Positions 7,441 to 17,039 of a stretch of DNA of 61,387 nucleotides are shown here, piece after piece; position 1 is the first letter of the stretch, and each line of letters opens with the position of its first letter. Source of the DNA: Alphaproteobacteria bacterium (GTDB lineage Bacteria; Pseudomonadota; Alphaproteobacteria; GCA-2731375); assembly GCA_030747035.1 (NCBI GenBank), contig JASLLM010000002.1, positions 1 through 61,387 on the forward strand, in the 5' to 3' direction. Under the pieces are notes generated by a model. It worked only from the letters and a program-made list of their open reading frames with translations. It was not told the origin of the DNA and made no database searches. A program made the position numbers and the translations under genes.

Positions 7441-8868
7441 CTATTGCGCGGCCCGCAGGCGATTAATGGCGGCTTCGAGGCCATCGCGCTGCTTACTCCC
7501 CGCAGGAAGTTGATCGTATAGCCGCTGCCAGCGATCAATCGCCTCTTCGGTTCGACCGGCCCCGGCATCCGCCATGCCAAGAAACCAAAGCGCCCGCGCG
7601 TTTTCCGGCTGCAGCATCTCTAATTTGCGCAAGACGTTGAGCGTCGTTTTGGGCAGTGTTTGTTCGGATGACGCACTTTGGATCAAAGCCATGGCTTGGG
7701 CATCCAGGGGAGCCGGGTCACTGGGGCGGATAGCGGCCGCCCGCCCATAGGCGTCCGCAGATTTATCCAGCTTTTGTAATACGCCATAGGCCTTGCCCAG
7801 CCGCATCCAGCCCTCAAAATCGCCAGGATCATCATTCAAGCGATCCGCCAGGCGCTGCACCATCGATAGAATGAATTTCTTGCGCTCATCAGGCGGCATA
7901 TCGGCGGCAGCCGCCATCGCGGCGCGGTCGGGCCCCGGTCTCACTTCTGTTTCAGATGTCGCGGTTGCCGTGGGCGTATCGGCCACTCCCGCCGCTACCA
8001 AGGCGCTTTCCGGATCCGCGCCAATTTCTTGCGCCACCTGGCGAATTTGCTCCGCCAAAGCCTGTCTGTTCTCGCTATTCTCCGGCAAATCCCGATAGAG
8101 GTTTAGCCAAGCTTCATAGGCTTCCCGAGAGCGACCAGCCTGCAAGTTCGCAAGAGCAAGGAAATAGCGAGCCGCGGAGTTACGAGGCGCCAAATCCAGT
8201 GCTTTCCTGAACGCCACCAAGGCATCCGGCGTAACCGTGCCCCTCTCGCCTCTCGTTAGAATATCGCCGAGCGCGACGTAAACCTCGGCATCCCCATCGG
8301 ACAGTGCAGCGGCCCGGCGCAACGCCTTAGCCGCACTATCAAAATCGCCGACCGCCGCAAGTGACCGGCCCAAAAGAATCCAGCCATCCAAATCGTCCGG
8401 TTGCGCCTGCAAGCGCGTCTCCAAACGCGCAATCATCTCGCTAACTTGGTTGCTCTGGTCCGTGGTCAATCCACGTGGCGCGACACTCGGCACCTCCCTC
8501 TCCGCCAATGGTTGATCAGGCTGACCCGGTTGACCTAGCTGGGAATAAAGCAGCAGTGTCAGAGCGGGCAGCAACAAGGCGATTGCGACGGCCATGAATG
8601 TCGACGGAGCGGCTGGACCGCTTTGAGTTTCGCTTTGCTCCGCGGCTCTAAGTATACGTCGTTCGATTTCCCGCCGAGCTTCCCCGGCTTCGCGCTCAGT
8701 CAGCGCACCGGCCGCCAATTCCGCATCAACCTCCCGCAACTGGTCGCGATAAACTTCCAAATCGTGGTCGAGTCGTTCGCTTCTAGCACCACTTGGGCGA
8801 AGCAAAGCCCAAAGGATTGGCAGAACCGCCAGTAGCGTCAGAGCGCCAATGGCCAGCCAAACACTCAT
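7441..8868 (-). CDS. ccmI: Cytochrome c biogenesis protein CcmI/CycH
   Basis: VYRDQLRE...ARREIERRIL, two TM segments and TPR repeats; last gene of the ccm operon. Confidence 0.9.
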   Translation of the reverse strand: MSVWLAIGALTLLAVLPILWALLRPSGARSERLDHDLEVYRDQLREVDAELAAGALTEREAGEARREIERRILRAAEQSETQSGPAAPSTFMAVAIALLLPALTLLLYSQLGQPGQPDQPLAEREVPSVAPRGLTTDQSNQVSEMIARLETRLQAQPDDLDGWILLGRSLAAVGDFDSAAKALRRAAALSDGDAEVYVALGDILTRGERGTVTPDALVAFRKALDLAPRNSAARYFLALANLQAGRSREAYEAWLNLYRDLPENSENRQALAEQIRQVAQEIGADPESALVAAGVADTPTATATSETEVRPGPDRAAMAAAADMPPDERKKFILSMVQRLADRLNDDPGDFEGWMRLGKAYGVLQKLDKSADAYGRAAAIRPSDPAPLDAQAMALIQSASSEQTLPKTTLNVLRKLEMLQPENARALWFLGMADAGAGRTEEAIDRWQRLYDQLPAGSKQRDGLEAAINRLRAAQ

Positions 8869-9350
8869 GCCTGATCCTTATCATCCAACAGTGCATTCAG
8901 GCGATCCTGCTCATCCGCATTCAAGGGTGAGGCCTCTGTTGCCATCGGCCCGCTGCGCCGGCGGCACCAAACGAAGATCAGAATTGCCGCGAAAAATAGA
9001 AAAACTACAGGTGCCGACCAGAGCATGATCGTTCCACCCTTGATCGGCGGCTGCAATAGCACCCAATCACCGTAACGTTCAACGATATAGCCAATTGCCG
9101 CTTCGTCGCTGTCGCCAGCCGAAATTCGGTCGCGTACCAAAATCCGTAGATCGCGCGCTAATCCGGCATTTGAATCTTCGATCGACTGGTTTTGACAAAC
9201 CAGACAGCGCAACTGCTTGTGGATGGCCCGGGCGCGGGCCTCCAGAACCGGATCCTCGAGCGGCGTGTCTACCGCCACGGCCCAGGCCTGCTCCATCGAT
9301 CCGGCGAGGCAAAAGCAAATAATCAAGCCCCGAATGACGGTCATCAGCAT
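8865..9350 (-). CDS. ccmH: Cytochrome c biogenesis protein CcmH/CycL
   Basis: LRCLVCQNQSIEDS, RYGDWVL. Confidence 0.93.
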   Translation of the reverse strand: MLMTVIRGLIICFCLAGSMEQAWAVAVDTPLEDPVLEARARAIHKQLRCLVCQNQSIEDSNAGLARDLRILVRDRISAGDSDEAAIGYIVERYGDWVLLQPPIKGGTIMLWSAPVVFLFFAAILIFVWCRRRSGPMATEASPLNADEQDRLNALLDDKDQA

Positions 9351-9922
9351 TTCGCGGTACCGCCATTGCGCAAAGCCGCGATAGCGGGCAGCAGTTTCTC
9401 TTTGAGATCTGATTCCATGACCGGCCCGATGTGCTTGCAGACAATTCGTCCTTCGGCATTGATCAAGAAGGTCTCGGGCACGCCGTAAACTCCCCAATCT
9501 ATGCCTACCCTGCCATTTAGGTCCGCCCCAACACGGTCATAGGGATCACCATACCGCCGCAGCCAATCCATTGCGGCCGGCCCTTCATCCTTGTAGTTGA
9601 GACCATGCACCGGAACGATGCCTTGTCCCTTCAACTTCATGAACAAAGGGTGCTCGGCCCGACAGGACACACACCACGATGCGAAAACATTCACCAATGA
9701 AACCTGCCCGTTCAGATCGGCTGTCTTCAATCCCTTGGGACGCCCGGGCAATGCTGGTAAATCGAATGCCGGCACGGCCTTGCCCAGCATGACCGAGGGG
9801 ATTTCCTTTGGCCGCAAACCCAAACCAACGAACAAGAAGCCGCCGATAACCAATGCCACCGCCAAAGGCAGCAATCGCAGCCAAGTACTGCGTGGTTGTT
9901 GGCCTAGTCCAGGTTCGCCCAA
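9344..9922 (-). CDS. ccmG: Thiol:disulfide oxidoreductase CcmG/DsbE
   Basis: FASWCVSCRAEHP, GVYGVPETF. Confidence 0.93.
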   Translation of the reverse strand: MGEPGLGQQPRSTWLRLLPLAVALVIGGFLFVGLGLRPKEIPSVMLGKAVPAFDLPALPGRPKGLKTADLNGQVSLVNVFASWCVSCRAEHPLFMKLKGQGIVPVHGLNYKDEGPAAMDWLRRYGDPYDRVGADLNGRVGIDWGVYGVPETFLINAEGRIVCKHIGPVMESDLKEKLLPAIAALRNGGTAKC

Positions 9923-9933
9923 AACGCCAAATC

Positions 9934-11934
9934 CTATTTGCTAGCCGTCGACACGGCAATTCCCGCTCGTCTCGCCGCATTACGGGCGCGGGCCGGCGCG
10001 CCGATTCGAAAACGGCGGTCTGTCAGAGACAATGCGCCACCAAATACCATGACGAAGGCGCCGATCCAGATCCAGTGGATCATAGGCTTAGTGTAAAACC
10101 GCGTCGACCAAGCCCCATCACCCGTTGGATCACCGACCACGGCATACAAATCGCCCCCCCAACCGGTCCGGATCGCGGCCTCCGTAGTCTCCATGGGCGG
10201 ATTCTCGTAACGGCGGGATTCCGGCTGCAACACCGCCACCGCCTTTCCATCGCGGCTCACGTGAAATGTTCCCCGCACGGCAGCGTAGTTGGGTCCATCC
10301 AGCGGCACCGCGCCTTCGAACCTGAACTGATAGGCGCCGACGGCTTGGCTCTCTCCTTGGCGCATGACCTGCAATTTTTCCACCTGCCAGGCGGAAGATG
10401 CGACAATGCCGATGATCACCATGCCGGCACCAGCATGGGCAAATGTGGTGCCCCAGGCCGACCGTGACGAACGCGAGAGACGCCGTAGACTCTCGGCAAT
10501 TGGCCCGCGGAACAAACGTATTCGGGAAGCGCCTTCTTCCAGCGAAGCGGCAATCATCCATACGCCCAGGGCAATCCCCGGAATAGCCAGCCAAGGTCCA
10601 TCAAATGCCAGCGCAAGCGTCAAGAACATGGCAACCAGGGTCGCAAGCACGGTAAATTTCAGCCGCTGCAACGCGCCAAGCAAATCACCGCGCTTCCACG
10701 GCAGCATAGGCCCCACGGCCATGGCAATGAAAACCGGAACCATCAAGGGTCCGAAGGTCATATTGAAATACGGTGGACCGACGGTAATCTTCTCACCTGT
10801 TACGGCGTCTAGAAATAGCGGATAAAGCGTGCCCAAAAGCACCGTTGCGCATGCCGTGGAGAGCAGCAAGTTATTGAAGACCAAGCCCCCTTCCCTGCTA
10901 ACGGGCGCGAAAAGGCCGCCGCCTTTCATAGCCGGTGCCCGTACAGCATACAGTGTCAGAGATCCCGCGATGACCGCGACCAGAAAAGCCAGAATAAAAA
11001 CACCACGGGCAGGATCTGTGGCGAAGGCGTGAACCGATGTCAGGACGCCAGAGCGCACCAGGAAGGTGCCCAGCAAACTCAAGGAAAATGTCAATATCGC
11101 CAGCAGAACGGTCCAGTTCTTCAAGCTATCCCGCTTTTCCACGACGATCGCCGAATGCAATAGTGCCGTGCCCGCCAACCAGGGCATGAACGAAGCATTC
11201 TCCACCGGATCCCAGAACCACCAGCCGCCCCAACCCAGTTCATAATAGGCCCACCAAGAGCCTAGGCCGATACCCAAAGTCAGAAAGCACCACGCCGCCA
11301 AAGTCCAGGGCCGAACCCATCGCGCCCAGGCGGCATCAACACGCCCTTCGATCAAGGCGGCGACGGCAAATGAGAACGCCATCGAAAACCCGACGTAGCC
11401 GAGATAAAGAAACGGCGGATGAAATGCGAGACCAGGGTCTTGCAATAATGGGTTTAGTCCGCGCCCGTCCATGGGCGCGGGCAACAATCTCTCAAAGGGG
11501 TTTGAAGTAAAAAGAACGAAGCTGGTAAAGCCAACGGCGATCATGGCCTGAACCGCCAGCACACGGGCTCGGAACGGTGCCGGCAAATTGCCACCGAATA
11601 CCGCCACCGCGCCGCTGAACAGCACCAAAATCAATAGCCACAAGAGCAACGACCCTTCGTGGTTCCCCCAAACGCCGGAAATCTTGTACAGCAGAGGTTT
11701 CGCCGAATGGGAGTTGGAAGCGACATTGAGTAGAGAAAAATCGGAGGTCACGTAGCCATAGGTCAGCGCACCGAATGCTACTATCACCAGCAAGCACTGC
11801 ACGATGGCCGCGGGCCGTGCCGAACCTATCCAGCCAGGTATTCCACGCCACGCGCCAATCATCGGCACTGTCGCCTGTACCAGGGCAACCGACAGCGCCA
11901 GCACCAGCGCATAATGTCCCAATTCGGCTATCAT
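9934..11934 (-). CDS. ccmF: Heme lyase CcmF
   Basis: WGNHEGS, HPPFLYLGY, WGGWWFWDPVENAS, SVHAFA. Confidence 0.97.
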   Translation of the reverse strand: MIAELGHYALVLALSVALVQATVPMIGAWRGIPGWIGSARPAAIVQCLLVIVAFGALTYGYVTSDFSLLNVASNSHSAKPLLYKISGVWGNHEGSLLLWLLILVLFSGAVAVFGGNLPAPFRARVLAVQAMIAVGFTSFVLFTSNPFERLLPAPMDGRGLNPLLQDPGLAFHPPFLYLGYVGFSMAFSFAVAALIEGRVDAAWARWVRPWTLAAWCFLTLGIGLGSWWAYYELGWGGWWFWDPVENASFMPWLAGTALLHSAIVVEKRDSLKNWTVLLAILTFSLSLLGTFLVRSGVLTSVHAFATDPARGVFILAFLVAVIAGSLTLYAVRAPAMKGGGLFAPVSREGGLVFNNLLLSTACATVLLGTLYPLFLDAVTGEKITVGPPYFNMTFGPLMVPVFIAMAVGPMLPWKRGDLLGALQRLKFTVLATLVAMFLTLALAFDGPWLAIPGIALGVWMIAASLEEGASRIRLFRGPIAESLRRLSRSSRSAWGTTFAHAGAGMVIIGIVASSAWQVEKLQVMRQGESQAVGAYQFRFEGAVPLDGPNYAAVRGTFHVSRDGKAVAVLQPESRRYENPPMETTEAAIRTGWGGDLYAVVGDPTGDGAWSTRFYTKPMIHWIWIGAFVMVFGGALSLTDRRFRIGAPARARNAARRAGIAVSTASK

Positions 11935-12012
11935 GAACTTATACCAAGCCTAGTCCCACAACCTTGCCATACCAAGGTCCAGATAGGATATCGATATAAC
12001 TTTGCCATTCAG

Positions 12013-12975
12013 TCATGCCACTTGGTTCGGCAAAGCTTCGCCCTTGAAATGCGCCAGCAAATTGTCGACGGTCAGATTTCCCATGGCAGTTCTTGTTTCG
12101 ATGGTGGCGCTGGCATGGTGAGGTTGGAGGACAACATTTTCAAGTGTGAATAGCGCTTCCGGTACTGTTGGTTCCGCCGCGAACACGTCCAAACCGGCAC
12201 CTGCGATCTTCCGCTCCAACAGGGCCTGAACCAAGGCTGGTTCATCAACCACGCTGCCACGGGCAATGTTGACCAAATATCCTTCCGGACCCAGGGCCGA
12301 CAACACCTCGGCATCTATCAAATTTTGCGTTGCCTCGCCACCCGGACAAGTCAGAGCCATTACATCGCACGCCTCCGCCAAGGCGGTGACGCTGGCATGG
12401 TATGTATAGGAAACATCATCCCGCCTGGAGCGGTTATGGTAGGCGATCTCCATGCCAAACGCCTCAGCCCGCTTCGCCAGCTCCAGGCCAATTCGACCTA
12501 ACCCGACAATGCCGAGGCAACGGCCGCGCGGCGAATTGGATAGGTCCAAAATCCCTTCACTCTCCCACCTGCCGTCCCGCACATAGCGGTCACCCTCGAC
12601 GATCTTTCTCAAAGTTGCCAGAATAAGTGCCATGCCAAGATCGGCAACGCAGTCCGTCAATACGTCCGGCGTGTTGGTAACTGCGATCCCGTGCTGCACG
12701 GCGTAATCCACGTCCGCACCGTCATAGCCCACTCCAAAGCAGGCTATGATCTCCAAATTCGGCATTAGTCCCATCAGGGCAGCGTCGACCTTGGCAAACC
12801 CGGGCATCGCGATGCCGCGAATACGGTCGGTGTTTTCGAGAAATTCGGCTGGCCTTTCACTTTCATGCGGCAGCACTATCAAATCGAATTCGTCACGTGC
12901 ACGGTCAACAATCCAACTCGGGATCGGTTCAATCAACAAGACGCATGGCTTATCCCCATTAACGCTTTCGATCAT
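12013..12975 (-). CDS. D-isomer-specific 2-hydroxyacid dehydrogenase (glyoxylate/hydroxypyruvate reductase-like)
   Basis: GVGYD, GIVGLGRIG, VNIARGSVVDE, LDVFAAEP, QPHHASAT. Confidence 0.92.
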   Translation of the reverse strand: MIESVNGDKPCVLLIEPIPSWIVDRARDEFDLIVLPHESERPAEFLENTDRIRGIAMPGFAKVDAALMGLMPNLEIIACFGVGYDGADVDYAVQHGIAVTNTPDVLTDCVADLGMALILATLRKIVEGDRYVRDGRWESEGILDLSNSPRGRCLGIVGLGRIGLELAKRAEAFGMEIAYHNRSRRDDVSYTYHASVTALAEACDVMALTCPGGEATQNLIDAEVLSALGPEGYLVNIARGSVVDEPALVQALLERKIAGAGLDVFAAEPTVPEALFTLENVVLQPHHASATIETRTAMGNLTVDNLLAHFKGEALPNQVA

Positions 12976-13427
12976 TCATGATCCCCCTGCCATTGGCCGG
13001 CCTCCTTCAAGGCATCCGCAACTTCCTTCGGCATGTAGGTCTCGTCATGTTTTGCCAGCACTTCCGTCGCCTCAAATGCACCGTCGGCCCTCATACTACC
13101 TTCGGCCACGACACCCTGCCCTTCCCTGAAGAGATCGGGCAATAGACCGCGAAACCGCACTTGCACGACTTCAACCGTATCCGTTACGCGAAACATGATC
13201 GTCAGGCCATCCTTGTCGCGCTGAACCGACCCTTCTTCCACCAAGCCGCCAATGCGCAGACGGCGCTCCGGAGATATTGGTTGCTGCTCCATTTTGCGCG
13301 CCAACTCGGTCGGTGAATAGAAGAATACGATGTTCTCTTCAAACGCCATCAGCACCAACGCGGCCGCAGTCGCGAAAATTAGCATGAAGCCGCCAACGAT
13401 ATAGAGCCTACGCTGTTTTCTGGTCAT
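12972..13427 (-). CDS. ccmE: Heme chaperone CcmE
   Basis: LPDLFREGQGVVAEG, LAKHDETY heme-binding motif. Confidence 0.96.
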   Translation of the reverse strand: MTRKQRRLYIVGGFMLIFATAAALVLMAFEENIVFFYSPTELARKMEQQPISPERRLRIGGLVEEGSVQRDKDGLTIMFRVTDTVEVVQVRFRGLLPDLFREGQGVVAEGSMRADGAFEATEVLAKHDETYMPKEVADALKEAGQWQGDHE

Positions 13428-13609
13428 TCCTCACTAGCCTCACGCCGGCGGCGATGATCGCGCAGGGACGTCAATGTACGTTCCGAATTGTTCCAGCCCC
13501 GCACACTGGTAATCCACAACAATGCCATGACGATCAAAACAATCCCGAACGCCGGCCAAACATAGCCGGCATAGCCCCCCATGGCGAAAAATTCCCCCAA
13601 GCCATCCAT
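13424..13609 (-). CDS. ccmD: Heme exporter protein D
   Basis: MGGYAGYVWPAFG, single TM segment and basic tail; lies between ccmC and ccmE. Confidence 0.88.
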   Translation of the reverse strand: MDGLGEFFAMGGYAGYVWPAFGIVLIVMALLWITSVRGWNNSERTLTSLRDHRRRREASEE

Positions 13610-13620
13610 AGCTACTTATC

Positions 13621-14346
13621 CTAACTTGTACGTTCTGCAAGGCGTAGCGCGCGGATCCGCCGCAAATTCAGTTCCATACGCATACGGGTCAGCAGGAGCG
13701 CCACGAAATAGGCCTTGAAGGCCAGCGCCATGATCAGTAGCGGCCACAACATGGAGGAATGGATCGCCGGTCCATCCATGCGCAGGACACTTGCTGGTTG
13801 GTGCAAGGTATTCCACCAATCTACGGAAAACTTGATGATCGGCACATTGACGGCACCCACAAGAGCCAGGACGGCCGCCGCCTTGCCAGCTTTCTGACTG
13901 TCCTCGATGGCCTGCCACAAAGCCATATAACCAAGATAAAGGAAAAAAAGTATCAGAACCGATGTCAAACGGGCGTCCCAAACCCACCATGTTCCCCACA
14001 TGGGCTTGCCCCAAATGGAGCCGGTGACCAGGGCAAGAAAAGTGAACCCCGCGCCGATCGGAGCCGAGGCCTTCGCAGCCAGATCCGCCAGCGGATGTTT
14101 CCAGATCAAGCCAACAGCGCTTGCCCCAGCCAAGAACATATAGCAGAACATCGCCATCCACGCCGATGGCACATGCACAAACATGATGCGGACCGTATCG
14201 CCCTGTTGATAGTCTGCCGGAACCTCCACCAAGGCTAAATAAAGCCCAACCAGCAACAGTAGCGCCGCCAGCCCACCGGCCCACGGCTGAATGCGCCCGG
14301 CAAGACGGGTAAAACGTGCTGGATTGGCAAAGTAGTGCATCGACAT
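13621..14346 (-). CDS. ccmC: Heme exporter protein C
   Basis: HVPSAW, WGKPMWGTWWVWDARLT, WWNTLHQ. Confidence 0.96.
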   Translation of the reverse strand: MSMHYFANPARFTRLAGRIQPWAGGLAALLLLVGLYLALVEVPADYQQGDTVRIMFVHVPSAWMAMFCYMFLAGASAVGLIWKHPLADLAAKASAPIGAGFTFLALVTGSIWGKPMWGTWWVWDARLTSVLILFFLYLGYMALWQAIEDSQKAGKAAAVLALVGAVNVPIIKFSVDWWNTLHQPASVLRMDGPAIHSSMLWPLLIMALAFKAYFVALLLTRMRMELNLRRIRALRLAERTS

Positions 14347-14430
14347 GGGTGGAGGTTTAGCCCCCTCCGCCGACCGGTGCAAGCATCCGCATGGTAACAA
14401 ATTGTCGCGGTTCGCCAGACATCTTTGAGG

Positions 14431-15096
14431 CTATTCCAACGACAATTTTACTGCTGCCGCGGCGGCCCATGGACAAAGCGGGATGGCCGCCATGGTCAAT
14501 GCAGCCAGGAGCAGGATGTGCGGCTTGGCATTCAACCCATGCACCGCCGCATCTATGGCTGAAACGCCAAAAATCAGCACTGGTATATATAAAGGCAAAA
14601 CCAATAGCGATAGCAGCACACCGCCACGTCGCACCGTCAAGGTCAAGGCGGCGCCGATGGCACCTATGAGGCTTAATGCGGGCGTGCCAATCAGCATGGT
14701 GAGAAGCAACGCGGCAAAACCTTCGTCGTTCATGTTCAGCAAGACCGCTAATACCGGCGCCGCCAGCAACAAGGGCAATCCCGTGGTAAGCCAGTGTGTG
14801 ATGATTTTGGCTAGAACGATAAAACCCACGGGCAACCCAGACAGCGTCAATTGTTCAAGGCTTCCATCCTCGAAATCCGCCTGAAACAACCGGTCAAGTG
14901 ACAACATCGCCGCCAACAGCGCCGCGACCCAGAGCACACCGGGTGCCACGCGAGCCAGCACGGCGGGTTCGGGGCCAATGCCCAGGGGAAACAAGGTTAC
15001 CGTAAGCAAGAAGAAAACCAACGCCAAGAAGGTGGCGCCGCCCTGGCGCACAGCCAATAGCAGGTCACGCGCAATGATTGCCCGGAAGGATTTCAT
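14431..15096 (-). CDS. ccmB: Heme exporter protein B
   Basis: LDRLFQADFEDGSLE, LPLYIPVLIFG. Confidence 0.95.
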   Translation of the reverse strand: MKSFRAIIARDLLLAVRQGGATFLALVFFLLTVTLFPLGIGPEPAVLARVAPGVLWVAALLAAMLSLDRLFQADFEDGSLEQLTLSGLPVGFIVLAKIITHWLTTGLPLLLAAPVLAVLLNMNDEGFAALLLTMLIGTPALSLIGAIGAALTLTVRRGGVLLSLLVLPLYIPVLIFGVSAIDAAVHGLNAKPHILLLAALTMAAIPLCPWAAAAAVKLSLE

Positions 15097-15701
15097 TGCG
15101 GCTTCAATTGTAGGAATTCCACATCGTCCAAACCCAATTCAATATGGGTCGCCGCCATGACCATGCCCCCATCCGCACGATGTGCCGCGATTGCCCGTTG
15201 CAAACATGCCGTTCCGTCCGCATCCAGGGAAACGGTGGGTTCATCAAGCAACCACAGCGCCGCGGGCGAGGCGACCAGCCGGGCCAACGCTGTCCGCCTG
15301 TGCTGGCCCGCCGAGAGGTACTGTGCGGGCGTATCCATCAAATGAAGGATCTCGAACGCCGCCATCGCCGCCTCGATCCGGTCCTCGGTCGAACCCCGCA
15401 CTTTCGCCCAAATTGCGATATTCTCGCGTACGCTCAACGCGCCCTTTACGGCATCCAAGTGTCCGACGAAATGCAAACGGGCCCTATGTTCTTCTGGGTC
15501 CTCGGAAATATCGGTTCCATCCCAGGTCAGCTTTCCCCTAGCCACCTTCAATAGGGTTGCCGCCGTTCGCAGCAATGTTGTCTTGCCACAACCATTTGGC
15601 CCCCGTAGAACCAGCGCCTGACCCTGCATTATCCGAAAATCAAGGTTCGAAAATATTCGCCGCTCACCCCGGTCGCAAGCGATGTCCCTGCCTTGAAACA
15701 T
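15093..15701 (-). CDS. ccmA: Heme exporter ATP-binding protein
   Basis: GPNGCGKTT, LSAGQ, WLLDEP. Confidence 0.93.
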   Translation of the reverse strand: MFQGRDIACDRGERRIFSNLDFRIMQGQALVLRGPNGCGKTTLLRTAATLLKVARGKLTWDGTDISEDPEEHRARLHFVGHLDAVKGALSVRENIAIWAKVRGSTEDRIEAAMAAFEILHLMDTPAQYLSAGQHRRTALARLVASPAALWLLDEPTVSLDADGTACLQRAIAAHRADGGMVMAATHIELGLDDVEFLQLKPQ

Positions 15702-16285
15702 CAGGTCTTGTCCTCATCGTCGAGAAGGCGATGCCGGTTCATGGCAGGCAACTGCGATATTGAGAACAAAATAGTCAGGGGCATGATGCCAAAGACCTTG
15801 AAACTGACCCAAGTGTCCGTCGAGGTGTTGCGCCAGACAATTTCGTTCAATACCGCCAGCAAGACAAAAAACATGGCCCAGCGGAAGGTCAACAACCGCC
15901 ACCCCTCGTCGGTCATCTGGAACATGCTTCCCATCAGGCTTTTCAGAAAGGATTTGCCCCAGAGCAGCCCGCCAAAAAGGATCACCGCGAACAGAGTGTT
16001 GACGATGGTCGGTTTCAACTTGATGAACAGTTCGTCTTGCAGGATGAGCGTCAGTCCACCAAAGACAAGAACGAAAATGCCCGTAACCAGCGGCAGCGTC
16101 GGCAGCCGCCTTTCACGCACCCAGGTAACCGACAACGAAACGACGATAGCCAGCATAAAGACGCCGGTCGCCCAAAAAATTCCGGCCCGCGCGTTGGTTA
16201 CAAAGAACAACACCAGGGGGCCGATTTCCAGGGCAAGCTTGAGTATCGGATTCGGCGCGGAGACATTATTTGCAGTATTTGACAT
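15701..16285 (-). CDS. yciB: Inner membrane protein YciB/IspZ
   Basis: [18 protein letters not shown]; alternative start at 16294. Confidence 0.92.
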   Translation of the reverse strand: MSNTANNVSAPNPILKLALEIGPLVLFFVTNARAGIFWATGVFMLAIVVSLSVTWVRERRLPTLPLVTGIFVLVFGGLTLILQDELFIKLKPTIVNTLFAVILFGGLLWGKSFLKSLMGSMFQMTDEGWRLLTFRWAMFFVLLAVLNEIVWRNTSTDTWVSFKVFGIMPLTILFSISQLPAMNRHRLLDDEDKT

Positions 16286-16361
16286 GGGAAACATATAGCC
16301 TGGATCGAAGTGAACTGAAATGAATCAGACGACGAAGGTGAAAAAAGATGGGGTTGCCCGG

Positions 16362-17039
16362 ATGAACGACAAAGCGAAACAGTCGGCCGCCAACGCCGCC
16401 GTGGAAATGGTGGAAAACGGCATGCGCCTTGGCATCGGCACGGGCTCCACGGCGGAACATTTTATCCAACAACTAGGCCGGCGGGTTCAGGGCGGATTGT
16501 CCGTGGTCGGCGTCGCGACATCGGAACGAAGCGCGGAACTATGCCGCGACCTAGGCATTGCCCTAACCGATCTGGATGAGACTCCCGTGCTCGACTTGGC
16601 CGTGGACGGCGCGGACGAATTTGATGGCGCGCTGAATTTGATCAAAGGCGGCGGCGGCGCGCTGCTACGGGAAAAAATTGTTGCCGGAGCAGCCGAACGA
16701 TTTGTCGTTATTGCCGATGCCTCCAAGAAAGTCGATATTTTGGGGGCTTTCCCACTACCCGTGGAGATCATCCCCATGGCTCGGCAGCCCCTGACCGGAC
16801 GACTGGAAAAGCTCGACGCCGTCGTCACCCTTCGACAGGCGGCAGATGGGGCACCTTTCCGAACGGATGAAAACCACTGGATACTGGACTGCGCCTTTGG
16901 TCCGACAATTGATAACCCCATGGAACTGGCGCAGACGCTTTCCACCTGGCCCGGCGTGGTCGAACATGGCTTGTTTTGCGGCATGACGGAACAGGTCTTG
17001 TTGGGAAATGGTAATCAAGTGCAGGCAATCACCGGTTAG
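16362..17039 (+). CDS. rpiA: Ribose-5-phosphate isomerase A
   Basis: GIGTGST, DGADE, KGGGGALLREK, GVVEHGLF; alternative start at 16320. Confidence 0.96.
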   Translation: MNDKAKQSAANAAVEMVENGMRLGIGTGSTAEHFIQQLGRRVQGGLSVVGVATSERSAELCRDLGIALTDLDETPVLDLAVDGADEFDGALNLIKGGGGALLREKIVAGAAERFVVIADASKKVDILGAFPLPVEIIPMARQPLTGRLEKLDAVVTLRQAADGAPFRTDENHWILDCAFGPTIDNPMELAQTLSTWPGVVEHGLFCGMTEQVLLGNGNQVQAITG

